DNA from: a virus | Taxonomy: Duplodnaviria; Caudoviricetes | Length of the DNA stretch: 41,163 nt | Reading direction: 5' to 3' (one strand) | IMG/VR virus record: IMGVR_UViG_3300033475_000071 | Coordinates: 1-41,163 of that record | Part shown: positions 1-6,552 of the stretch, piece by piece | Layout of the letters: each line of letters starts with the position of its first letter | Numbering within the stretch: position 1 is the first letter of the stretch | Notes under the pieces: model-generated | What the model saw: only the letters and a program-made list of their open reading frames with translations | The model's database searches: none | Told to the model about the DNA's origin: nothing | Made by a program: the position numbers and the translations under genes

Positions 1-178
1 TCTTCTGGCCGTAGCCGCCCCATTCGAGGCCCTCGGCGCTTTCCTCCGAGACGATCAGGTGATACGGGCGTTGGCCGTTCTCGCCGGGCATCAGCCCAGC
101 ATAGACACCACCTTGGCCTTCCCAGTACTCGCCGATCTGCGGCACCTTGAGCGCCGCTTTTTCCATCACGTCCGACAT
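1..178 (-). CDS. Phage hypothetical protein, DUF1566-like N-terminus (partial, runs off window)
   Basis: Manual translation MSDVMEKAALKVPQIGEYWEGQGGVYAGLMPGENGQRPYHLIV... with AAGGAG RBS upstream; the IGEYWxGQGGxYAG motif resembles phage DUF1566-type proteins. Confidence 0.6.
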   Translation of the reverse strand, partial: MSDVMEKAALKVPQIGEYWEGQGGVYAGLMPGENGQRPYHLIVSEESAEGLEWGGYGQK

Positions 179-265
179 TGCCAACTCCTTTTGAGTGCGC
201 ACTGCTTTCTGAAAATTCCCGTCGAAGCGGGTCTGTTCACTGCGACGGGATGCCCCGTCAGAAAA

Positions 266-505
266 TCAGGATTCCGTTACTTCTGCTTGCTGCGCCTCGG
301 CTTTTGCCCGAGCCTTCACGACTTCAAAGCACGGCTCGCAACACGTCGACCTGGCGCTGTACTTCGGCCTCTCGTAGTAACCGCTTTCGTACTTGCGCGA
401 CTGCACGGCCGGGTCCTGCTTCAACTCGCCGCACTCATCGCAGCGGGTCAGTGTCCTCACGGTCACGGGGCGATTGCGCCATTTCTCCAATTCAGTGGGT
501 GTCAT
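266..505 (-). CDS. Hypothetical protein, possible Zn-binding (CxxC...CxxC)
   Basis: ORF track 266..535; ATG at 505 (MTPTELEK) follows GGAGG and lies 1 nt after the upstream stop; CDEC and CCEPC motifs. Confidence 0.6.
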   Translation of the reverse strand: MTPTELEKWRNRPVTVRTLTRCDECGELKQDPAVQSRKYESGYYERPKYSARSTCCEPCFEVVKARAKAEAQQAEVTES

Positions 506-506
506 G

Positions 507-638
507 TCACCGGTCCTCCGAATCGTCTTCACCATCCTGCTCGTCGTCGATCTCTCGCTCTTCGGCCTCGACGGCTCGAGCGTGATCGCGATCGATAATC
601 CAATCGCCCAAGGTTTCTAGTTGCGCAAGCGTGCGCAT
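507..638 (-). CDS. Small acidic hypothetical protein (43 aa)
   Basis: Manual translation MRTLAQLETLGDWIIDRDHARAVEAEEREIDDEQDGEDDSEDR; TGATG coupling to the upstream ORF. Confidence 0.55.
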   Translation of the reverse strand: MRTLAQLETLGDWIIDRDHARAVEAEEREIDDEQDGEDDSEDR

Positions 639-787
639 CACAGCCCCGCATGGACGCTTGCCACGCCAGGAGCGATCAAATTTACGGCCAGCTCGCGCAG
701 CAGAACTTCAATGAGGCCGCCGAGCTTTCCGTCGGGATTGCGCGGCATCGCGCACAGTTCCAACAAGTCCTTTGCGAAGATCGACAT
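638..787 (-). CDS. Small hypothetical protein (49 aa), paralog of 4989..5111
   Basis: Manual translation MSIFAKDLLELCAMPRNPDGKLGGLIEVLLRELAVNLIAPGVASVHAGL; GGAG RBS. Confidence 0.65.
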   Translation of the reverse strand: MSIFAKDLLELCAMPRNPDGKLGGLIEVLLRELAVNLIAPGVASVHAGL

Positions 788-886
788 GGCAATCTCCAAT
801 CTGTGGAATCAGTCAGCCGCCTAACGGGCGGCATCCCCGTTTCGCTGTGCTTCAGGAAAGCCCCGTTTATCCAAGGGGCGAGGAAT

Positions 887-1600
887 TCATTTATAGCGCC
901 ATGTGTAGCCGTAAGACTTCCGCGAGCGCCCAGTGCAGGCAGAACTTATATTCCCCTGCGATGCCCTTGGATGACCGTTAGATCGTATCCATTCGGTTGC
1001 GGCGGCGAGAGATTCAAACTCGACTCCAGCCTCTATACAGACAACGGACTTCTTGAATGCGGAGTGATCAGTCATGTTACGAATGGCGCGAAATCTAGCT
1101 TTATGCTCATCACTCTGCGCTCGGGTTTTTGCGGATGCCGACATCCTCGCTCGCGTCTCTTCGTTCAGCTTTCGACCTTTTGAGGCTTTGGAAAGCTTCT
1201 CCAATGTTGCGGCTGGCATCTTCTTTCCGTACCAGTAAGCATTCTTTCCCTTCTGACGTTCAGAGCAATGCTTGCGAAATTCTTCGCTGCGCTTCAGCCC
1301 TCGCGATCCAGAATGTGCGCGTCCGTTTGAGTTATGCCTCGCCTCAATGGGCCACGCATCAAGTTGCTCCTGTTCGCGACGATTCAGATCCTCGACTGGC
1401 ACAATCGCGATTTTCTTGAATCTGATGGTCGCCTCGCCAAAGCGATCAAAAGCTTGCTGAAGCGATTTGCAGTGATGACGCCCCTTCCTCAGCTCACTGC
1501 GATGCTTATCCCAGCGAGCAGTGAACGATTGAGCCTGTCCGATGTAATCTTTCCCATCAGGACTGCTAATCGCATAGATTCCGCAGTCGAAATTCAACAT
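887..1600 (-). CDS. Free-standing GIY-YIG homing endonuclease with NUMOD3/NUMOD1-like DNA-binding repeats
   Basis: GIYAI...YIGQA...RW..H, later E and N catalytic-type residues; NUMOD3-like KLNEETRARMSAS; C-terminal FESLAAA...GYTWRY; ATG at 1600 after AAGGAAAGG. Confidence 0.88.
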   Translation of the reverse strand: MLNFDCGIYAISSPDGKDYIGQAQSFTARWDKHRSELRKGRHHCKSLQQAFDRFGEATIRFKKIAIVPVEDLNRREQEQLDAWPIEARHNSNGRAHSGSRGLKRSEEFRKHCSERQKGKNAYWYGKKMPAATLEKLSKASKGRKLNEETRARMSASAKTRAQSDEHKARFRAIRNMTDHSAFKKSVVCIEAGVEFESLAAATEWIRSNGHPRASQGNISSACTGRSRKSYGYTWRYK

Positions 1601-1840
1601 GCCTTTCCTTGGTTGACCTTGCCGCCACGCCCTCCGAGAAGGCATGCTGGTAAAGCCGACGCACCAGCCAACGGCTACTCCCGAATGTTTCGGCTCCGGG
1701 TCTGGTGCGTGTGCGATGAGTTACCACGCCACTCGTCGCCGGGCGCCGCTTTCGCGGTAGGAGGCGGACCCTCCCATTTCGCGACTTTTACTTCTGCCGT
1801 CACGGCCAGGGGCAGGGCTCTCGCCTATTCATCCACCGTT

Positions 1841-1965
1841 GCATCGATCGAATGCTCCATCAGCGCTGGCGCTTCGCCTCGACCGTCTTTGAGCGTGCGA
1901 CGCAGACTGGTTGAAGTGAACAGCAGGCCAAGGAAGCGCCAGCGCTGATGCGACTCGATCGATGC
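1841..1965 (-). other. Long RNA stem-loop (RNase III-type substrate candidate) in leftward leader
   Basis: Inverted repeats GCATCGATCGA/TCGATCGATGC and CATCAGCGCTGGCGCTTC/GAAGCGCCAGCGCTGATG. Confidence 0.7.
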
Positions 1966-1966
1966 G

Positions 1967-1978
1967 TTGTTAAAGAAC
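1967..1978 (-). promoter_or_regulatory. boxA antitermination element
   Basis: Minus strand reads GTTCTTTAACAA, one mismatch to boxA GCTCTTTAACAA, in the PL transcript. Confidence 0.7.
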
Positions 1979-2069
1979 CCGCTCCGCTGTCACCGGATCG
2001 GCGCGCCGTTGCGCTTGGTACTTCGTGCTATTCGCACTGCTCAACCTAAAGGCTGAGCGCTACGAACAG

Positions 2070-2297
2070 TTATGCGGCGATGCGCTTCGATTCCTCGCAC
2101 ATCGCGACCGCTTCTTCGTCGTCGATCTTCGCGAGCCCGCAATACGGGGTGAACGAATAGAGCTGCGTGCCGTTCGTCAGGATGTAGGCGCCCGGGTTGC
2201 CGTCGCCCGTCGCTTCGAGCCCGGCGACTACAACCAGGCTCAGGAAGCCGACGCGAACGGTTTGGCCTACGGTCCAGTCTTGTTTGCTCTTGCTCAT
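2070..2297 (-). CDS. Hypothetical protein, first gene of PL operon (75 aa)
   Basis: ORF track 2070..2363; ATG at 2297 (MSKSKQDW) with GGAG RBS, downstream of PL. Confidence 0.7.
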   Translation of the reverse strand: MSKSKQDWTVGQTVRVGFLSLVVVAGLEATGDGNPGAYILTNGTQLYSFTPYCGLAKIDDEEAVAMCEESKRIAA

Positions 2298-2334
2298 GGC
2301 GGTCTCCGGTGGGTTCGGTGCTGCGATGGAGAGA

Positions 2335-2363
2335 ATACTACCTTGCGGGTGTACGAATAGCAA
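2335..2363 (-). promoter_or_regulatory. PL-like sigma70 promoter
   Basis: TTGCTA-17 nt-TAGTAT on the minus strand, overlapped by operator sites. Confidence 0.7.
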
Positions 2364-2410
2364 CCATCAGGGTAGTATTTTGTCGTTGAGTTGTTTCTAT
2401 CGCGCGGGTA
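2339..2410. promoter_or_regulatory. OL operators (three 13-bp sites)
   Basis: TACCTTGCGGGTG (2339), AACCATCAGGGTA (2362), TATCGCGCGGGTA (2398); consensus nACC-N5-GGTA shared with OR. Confidence 0.65.
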
Positions 2411-2421
2411 GTAGCGATAGG

Positions 2422-2450
2422 AAAAATAAAAGCCGCTCGAGAGCGGCTCT
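2422..2450 (-). terminator. Intrinsic terminator after repressor gene
   Basis: Minus strand AGCCGCTC-TC-GAGCGGCT followed by TTTATTTTT. Confidence 0.8.
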
Positions 2451-2468
2451 AGTGGTAGATATGCTGAA

Positions 2469-3266
2469 TCAGCGTTTTCGGTATTTGCGGTGCTCGACCA
2501 TGACGCCGATCACTCTCAGATGATCGCGTTCGCTGTGGAGCGTGGGGTAGTCGTCGTTCAGCGGGACAAGTTCAAATACCATCTCTCCGCGGTCGTTCGT
2601 ACCCCGCGGCCGGTACTTTTTGAATGTGGCTTCATCTTCGGTGTTCTTGGCTACGACGAAGTCGCCCGGCAACGGTTCAAGGGCCGGATCAATGATAACG
2701 ACTTCCCCCTCCTTGAACTCGTCCAACATCGAATCTCCTTTTATTCTTAGCCCGAAGGCTCCCTCGGATACATCTAAGTCAGTCAGCACCAGATCAAACC
2801 CATCGCCCAGCGCGAACGGATCAGCTGCCTCGCTCATCATGCCGGCCTGTACGTATGAAATTATGGGGATGCGGCGTTGACCGACAACTGCGGGCGCCAC
2901 GTTCTGATCGATCTCTCTTCGACCGTTAGACCCGAGAGTATCCCTTTCCTTAATCGTCCGATCGTCGGACAGAACGGTCTTTTTCGCTTTGATTGAGGCA
3001 TCGCCAATGCTTATTTTGTGCGTGCCGTTTATCGGTCGTAGCTCGGCGGAATGATCAGCGTCCATTGAATTCCTTGGAAGCCCGAGCTTCTCCTCGATGG
3101 CTCGCGCCGACTCGCTGTTCATGTTCTTCCGGCCAGCAATCCAATGATTGACCATCGTCGGACGCTCATAGCCGAGCCGCCTCGACAGCTCGCTTTGGTT
3201 GCCTTCGCAGAGACGATCTTTGACGACGATCAAGTTCTCGCGGCGGATTTGTTCGATTGATTTCAT
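2469..3266 (-). CDS. cI: CI/LexA-like prophage repressor (HTH + S24 peptidase)
   Basis: N-terminal HTH (NQSELSRRLG...VNHW), VQAG cleavage site, GDSM catalytic Ser, TFKK catalytic Lys, VIGVMV end. Confidence 0.93.
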   Translation of the reverse strand: MKSIEQIRRENLIVVKDRLCEGNQSELSRRLGYERPTMVNHWIAGRKNMNSESARAIEEKLGLPRNSMDADHSAELRPINGTHKISIGDASIKAKKTVLSDDRTIKERDTLGSNGRREIDQNVAPAVVGQRRIPIISYVQAGMMSEAADPFALGDGFDLVLTDLDVSEGAFGLRIKGDSMLDEFKEGEVVIIDPALEPLPGDFVVAKNTEDEATFKKYRPRGTNDRGEMVFELVPLNDDYPTLHSERDHLRVIGVMVEHRKYRKR

Positions 3267-3287
3267 GGGCTTAATTAGGCCACGTTA

Positions 3288-3358
3288 CACCGAATAGGTA
3301 AATTTCCCCGCGCGGTAGCAATACCCTCAAAAAAGTCCTTTACAACACCCTCCGGGTA
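3288..3358. promoter_or_regulatory. OR operators (three 13-bp sites)
   Basis: CACCGAATAGGTA (3288), TCCCCGCGCGGTA (3305), CACCCTCCGGGTA (3346) between divergent cI and cro. Confidence 0.65.
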
Positions 3359-3367
3359 ATAGACAAT
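3339..3367 (+). promoter_or_regulatory. PR-like sigma70 promoter
   Basis: TTTACA-17 nt-GACAAT with an operator in the spacer. Confidence 0.7.
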
Positions 3368-3373
3368 GGGTGT

Positions 3374-3763
3374 ATGGCTACTACTCCCCGACCATCCGAC
3401 TTCAAGGCGCTGTACCGCTCGCTCACCAAAGAGCAGCGCGTCAAATTCGCCGAAGAAGCTGGAACGACTACCCGGTACATCGACACGCATCTTGTCGACG
3501 CGCGAAAGATCCCCGGCCCAAAACTGATGGAACGCCTCTACGTGGCTTGCGTCCAGTCCGGTGCGAGATTCAGCAAGGCCGATCTCGTTTCGTTCTTCTA
3601 CGAGGCGAACAAGGATCGTGAAGGCAAGTACAGCGTAATTGATCGTGCTGCTGCTACCGACGATACGCAAGCCCCGGTAGGTTCGGTGGAGCACGAACAG
3701 GAGCCGAAACACCGAGGTGGAAAGCCCAGGGGTAAGACGAAAGAAGCTCGCATGGTGATTTGA
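3374..3763 (+). CDS. Cro-like HTH regulator with low-complexity C-terminal extension
   Basis: Divergent from cI; QRVKFAEEAGTTTRYI...RKIP HTH pattern. Confidence 0.75.
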   Translation: MATTPRPSDFKALYRSLTKEQRVKFAEEAGTTTRYIDTHLVDARKIPGPKLMERLYVACVQSGARFSKADLVSFFYEANKDREGKYSVIDRAAATDDTQAPVGSVEHEQEPKHRGGKPRGKTKEARMVI

Positions 3764-4273
3764 ATGAGAGTTACCAACGTACAAACACTTCGAGTGCGCG
3801 TGTGGAGCGGAGCCCGAATCGCAACCGGGATCGTCAATCGAGCCCGTCAGAAGGGATTGATCGACTCTCCGTGTGAATTTTTGTGTGTTGATTGTGGCAA
3901 ACAAGCTTCCGTCTACGATCATCGAGATTACGGGTGTCCCCTGTCGATCGAGCCGACATGCCATTCCCGCAACACAAAACGTGGCTCCGCAAAGGCAAAG
4001 GTTTGGGACATTGATGAGGCGATTGGCTATGCGCGCCAACGAATCGTCAAGGAATGCGTGGGGCAGTTTGCCAGCTTCCAGCGCAGACATGAGAACAACG
4101 ATTTCTTCGTGTCGTGGGTAAGGAATAAAAAGCGAGCTCTCGCCGACTGGGAAGCCTCCGGCCGCATCTATGGATTGGTCGACGTCGCCTTCGACATCTT
4201 CCCCAAAGAAGACATTGAGGCTTTCCAAGCTTCCGAAAATTTGGAATCGAAGTTTGCGTGGATGAGGTTTTGA
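3764..4273 (+). CDS. HNH-like Zn-binding protein, possibly degenerate
   Basis: CVDC...YDHRDY..PL.IEPTCHSRN motif; second Cys pair broken (CHSR); inserted between cro and the cII-like gene. Confidence 0.55.
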   Translation: MRVTNVQTLRVRVWSGARIATGIVNRARQKGLIDSPCEFLCVDCGKQASVYDHRDYGCPLSIEPTCHSRNTKRGSAKAKVWDIDEAIGYARQRIVKECVGQFASFQRRHENNDFFVSWVRNKKRALADWEASGRIYGLVDVAFDIFPKEDIEAFQASENLESKFAWMRF

Positions 4274-4309
4274 CAGTCGTTTCATAGAGGTTCTCGTAGT
4301 TGTTGGATC

Positions 4310-4335
4310 GGCGTCCTGCGGGACGCCATTAATTT
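4310..4335 (+). terminator. tR1-like hairpin
   Basis: GGCGTCC-TGCG-GGACGCC followed by ATTAATTT (weak U tract). Confidence 0.4.
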
Positions 4336-4410
4336 CGCCCCGTTCCATGTGGGTAGACAAGTGGGGCGGCAATTGGGTAGGCATCAATTTTCTCTATCGA
4401 ACAAGAAGCT

Positions 4411-4782
4411 ATGAACCAACGAGAAATCAGGATCTTCGCGCCGTACGTCGAGGCTAAGCGCCTTCCTGACGCCGAGATCGAAGCAATGACGTACGAGGAC
4501 TGCATGAAGCGCGCGGCCGAAATGGGTCTTTCCCGATTCAGCCGGGATGCGTTGGCGAAGCTGAGCCGCATCCACTACCCGCACTTCGGCGAATACATCT
4601 CCGGTGCTCGCAGGCTGGATCGCGAACGGCTCTTTCTTTTCTGCATGTACGCAGGATGCGACTACCCGATCCAATGGATCGAGCTTGCCGAAAAGAAAGC
4701 GCGCGCCGAGTACCGCGCTCAGAGCGCCCAGGCAATCGGCGAATACGTTCAACAGGCATTCGCCCAAAGGGCGGCGGCATGA
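4411..4782 (+). CDS. CII-position HTH transcriptional regulator
   Basis: SRDALAKLSRIHYPHFGEYISG XRE-like HTH; syntenic with cII. Confidence 0.65.
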   Translation: MNQREIRIFAPYVEAKRLPDAEIEAMTYEDCMKRAAEMGLSRFSRDALAKLSRIHYPHFGEYISGARRLDRERLFLFCMYAGCDYPIQWIELAEKKARAEYRAQSAQAIGEYVQQAFAQRAAA

Positions 4783-4976
4783 CATTGACGAAGCGGGATG
4801 TGGGCAAGCGATTTACCGCCCCGTCCGGCGAAGAAGTTCGATTCATCAAGATCGAGGGCGATATGTACCACTTTGAGAACGTACGGGATAAGGGCGATGG
4901 GCTGATTCTGCCGGCCGATCAGCTGTTCATTCTCGAGCGCGTGAAGTGGTCCCGCGCTCGGCGCGTTACCAACTGA
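4779..4976 (+). CDS. Hypothetical protein (65 aa)
   Basis: ATGA overlap with the previous stop; MTLTKRDVGKRF... Confidence 0.6.
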   Translation: MTLTKRDVGKRFTAPSGEEVRFIKIEGDMYHFENVRDKGDGLILPADQLFILERVKWSRARRVTN

Positions 4977-4988
4977 TCGGAGATTGCC

Positions 4989-5111
4989 ATGTCGCAAAAC
5001 GCTTCCGACCTCCTCGCCCTCTCGCGCGAATGCCGCGACTGTGCCGCTCTTCGTCGGCTGGCTTTGAATCTCATTGCCGCGGGCGTGGCTGATTTGAGGA
5101 GTGGGCTGTAA
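4989..5111 (+). CDS. Small hypothetical protein (40 aa), paralog of 638..787
   Basis: Manual translation MSQNASDLLALSRECRDCAALRRLALNLIAAGVADLRSGL; GGAG RBS; TAATG coupling to the next gene. Confidence 0.65.
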   Translation: MSQNASDLLALSRECRDCAALRRLALNLIAAGVADLRSGL

Positions 5112-5521
5112 TGAACGCCGGACAGAAAGCCCTTCGCGCCTGCGCCGAGTACGCGCGACTATCGACTGAGAACAAACGGCTTACGAAGGCGATCGGCGAC
5201 GCACTCGATGGATGCCCCGGCGTCAACGGAAAGCGCGACTCATCCGTGCTTGAAGATGGCCGCACCGTCTATGGCGGCGATCATGACGATATGCATCTGA
5301 AAAGTGCATACACCCCGGACACTATGGACGACGGTTTCGGGGGTGCGGAAGTGTCCTGGTTATCCGACAAAGAGATCCGCGAAGAGATCGCCTGCTGCCC
5401 CGCCTGTCTTGCTGCCCATGAGGCGATCCAAGCCCGCAAGGCCGCTCGCAAATCGCTGGGCGCGGTCAAGCGGCATATCACGATGCTCGGGCGCGCGAAG
5501 AACGAGAGAGACGCCGCATGA
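5111..5521 (+). CDS. Hypothetical phage protein
   Basis: 136-aa ORF, GAGGAG RBS, coupled at both ends; CCPAC motif. Confidence 0.7.
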   Translation: MNAGQKALRACAEYARLSTENKRLTKAIGDALDGCPGVNGKRDSSVLEDGRTVYGGDHDDMHLKSAYTPDTMDDGFGGAEVSWLSDKEIREEIACCPACLAAHEAIQARKAARKSLGAVKRHITMLGRAKNERDAA

Positions 5522-5697
5522 ACGCCCACCGCCAACCCATCCACATCGATCCTCTGCTCGACGAAGTATTCGAGTTATTGCACCGCATGGCGATGTGCCG
5601 GACGCGCGAGACGTTCCAATGGATGGCAGGAAATGCGATCGACAAGCTGCGGCAGTACGAGGATCAGCAGCGTGCGGCGGCAAATAGGGCTAACTAA
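5518..5697 (+). CDS. Hypothetical protein (59 aa)
   Basis: Manual translation MNAHRQPIHIDPLLDEVFELLHRMAMCRT...; ATGA overlap. Confidence 0.55.
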   Translation: MNAHRQPIHIDPLLDEVFELLHRMAMCRTRETFQWMAGNAIDKLRQYEDQQRAAANRAN

Positions 5698-5706
5698 GGC
5701 GATCGT

Positions 5707-6552
5707 GTGCAAGACGAATCCCCGCAGCTTGAAGACGGGTTCACCCGCATCGCCAACGAATTATTCGAGGCGGTGCTCGGCTTTGGATTTACGCAGCGTC
5801 AGCTTTTGGTTGCGCTGACGGTACTTCGTAAGACGTACGGATACGGGAAGAAAGAGGACGACATGTCGGCGTCGCAGATCTCGGAAATATGCAAGGTTGG
5901 CCGTCAGCACGTCACAACCGTGCTCGGCGAACTCGCGCGTATGAACGTGATTTCGAAGGCGCCAGGACATTTCGGAATGATCGTCGGGATCAACAAAAAG
6001 TATGGCGAATGGTTGCCGCTTGAACGCGCCGCGAAGGTCGATGCGGAGCCTGCGCCAGTCGCCATTAGCTCTTGTTCTGATAGTCCCGAATCGGGACAGG
6101 TGTCCCACATTGGGGCTAGTGCCGAATCGGGACATGTCCCAAATCGGGAGTCTGCTAGTCCTGAATCAGGACAGGTCGATAGTCCCGAATCGGGACATAC
6201 AAAAGAAAACCTTCCAAAAGAAACTCAAAAGAAAGGGCGCGCGCGTCGGGCAGAAATTTCGTTGGTCGAATGGCTTGCTGTGTGCAAGGCGTCTGGGGAA
6301 TTGTCCATTCCAAAAGACGATCCGATTTTCGACTATGCCGAGAAGCAATCCCTGCCCATCGATTTTGTTCGCTATGCGTGGCTTGAATTTCGGCGCAAGT
6401 ACACCGAAAGCGGGAAAAAGCAGAAGGACTGGCGCGCGACCTTTCGCAATGCTGTGCGAGAAAACTGGTACGGACTCTGGTTCAAGAAAGATGACGATTT
6501 CCTGCTGACCACGCGTGGTCAGCAGGTAAAAACGGAGCATGAAGAGCAATGA
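5707..6552 (+). CDS. Lambda O-like replication initiator
   Basis: LEDGFTRIANELFEA...RKTYGYGKKED N-terminus typical of phage O proteins; internal iterons; precedes helicase. Confidence 0.88.
   Translation: MQDESPQLEDGFTRIANELFEAVLGFGFTQRQLLVALTVLRKTYGYGKKEDDMSASQISEICKVGRQHVTTVLGELARMNVISKAPGHFGMIVGINKKYGEWLPLERAAKVDAEPAPVAISSCSDSPESGQVSHIGASAESGHVPNRESASPESGQVDSPESGHTKENLPKETQKKGRARRAEISLVEWLAVCKASGELSIPKDDPIFDYAEKQSLPIDFVRYAWLEFRRKYTESGKKQKDWRATFRNAVRENWYGLWFKKDDDFLLTTRGQQVKTEHEEQ
6083..6234. repeat. Replication origin: palindromic iterons plus A-rich tract
   Basis: About six copies or variants of GTCCCGAATCGGGAC (6083-6196), then CAAAAGAAA x3. Confidence 0.8.

Noticed and set aside
830-865. 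Hammerhead ribozyme (minus strand CTGAAGC...CGAAAC)
   Set aside because: The core should be CUGAnGA with a stem II before GAAA; both are missing
790-2069. Group I intron hosting the GIY-YIG endonuclease
   Set aside because: The flanks are structured, but I found no P7 core or interrupted host gene; treated as free-standing pending an Infernal search
3275-4387. 370-aa minus-strand ORF
   Set aside because: Antisense shadow over cro, the HNH-like gene and OR; no recognisable motifs
6083-6196. CRISPR-like palindromic repeats
   Set aside because: 15-bp units with gaps under 10 nt inside the initiator gene; these are iterons, with no spacers or cas genes
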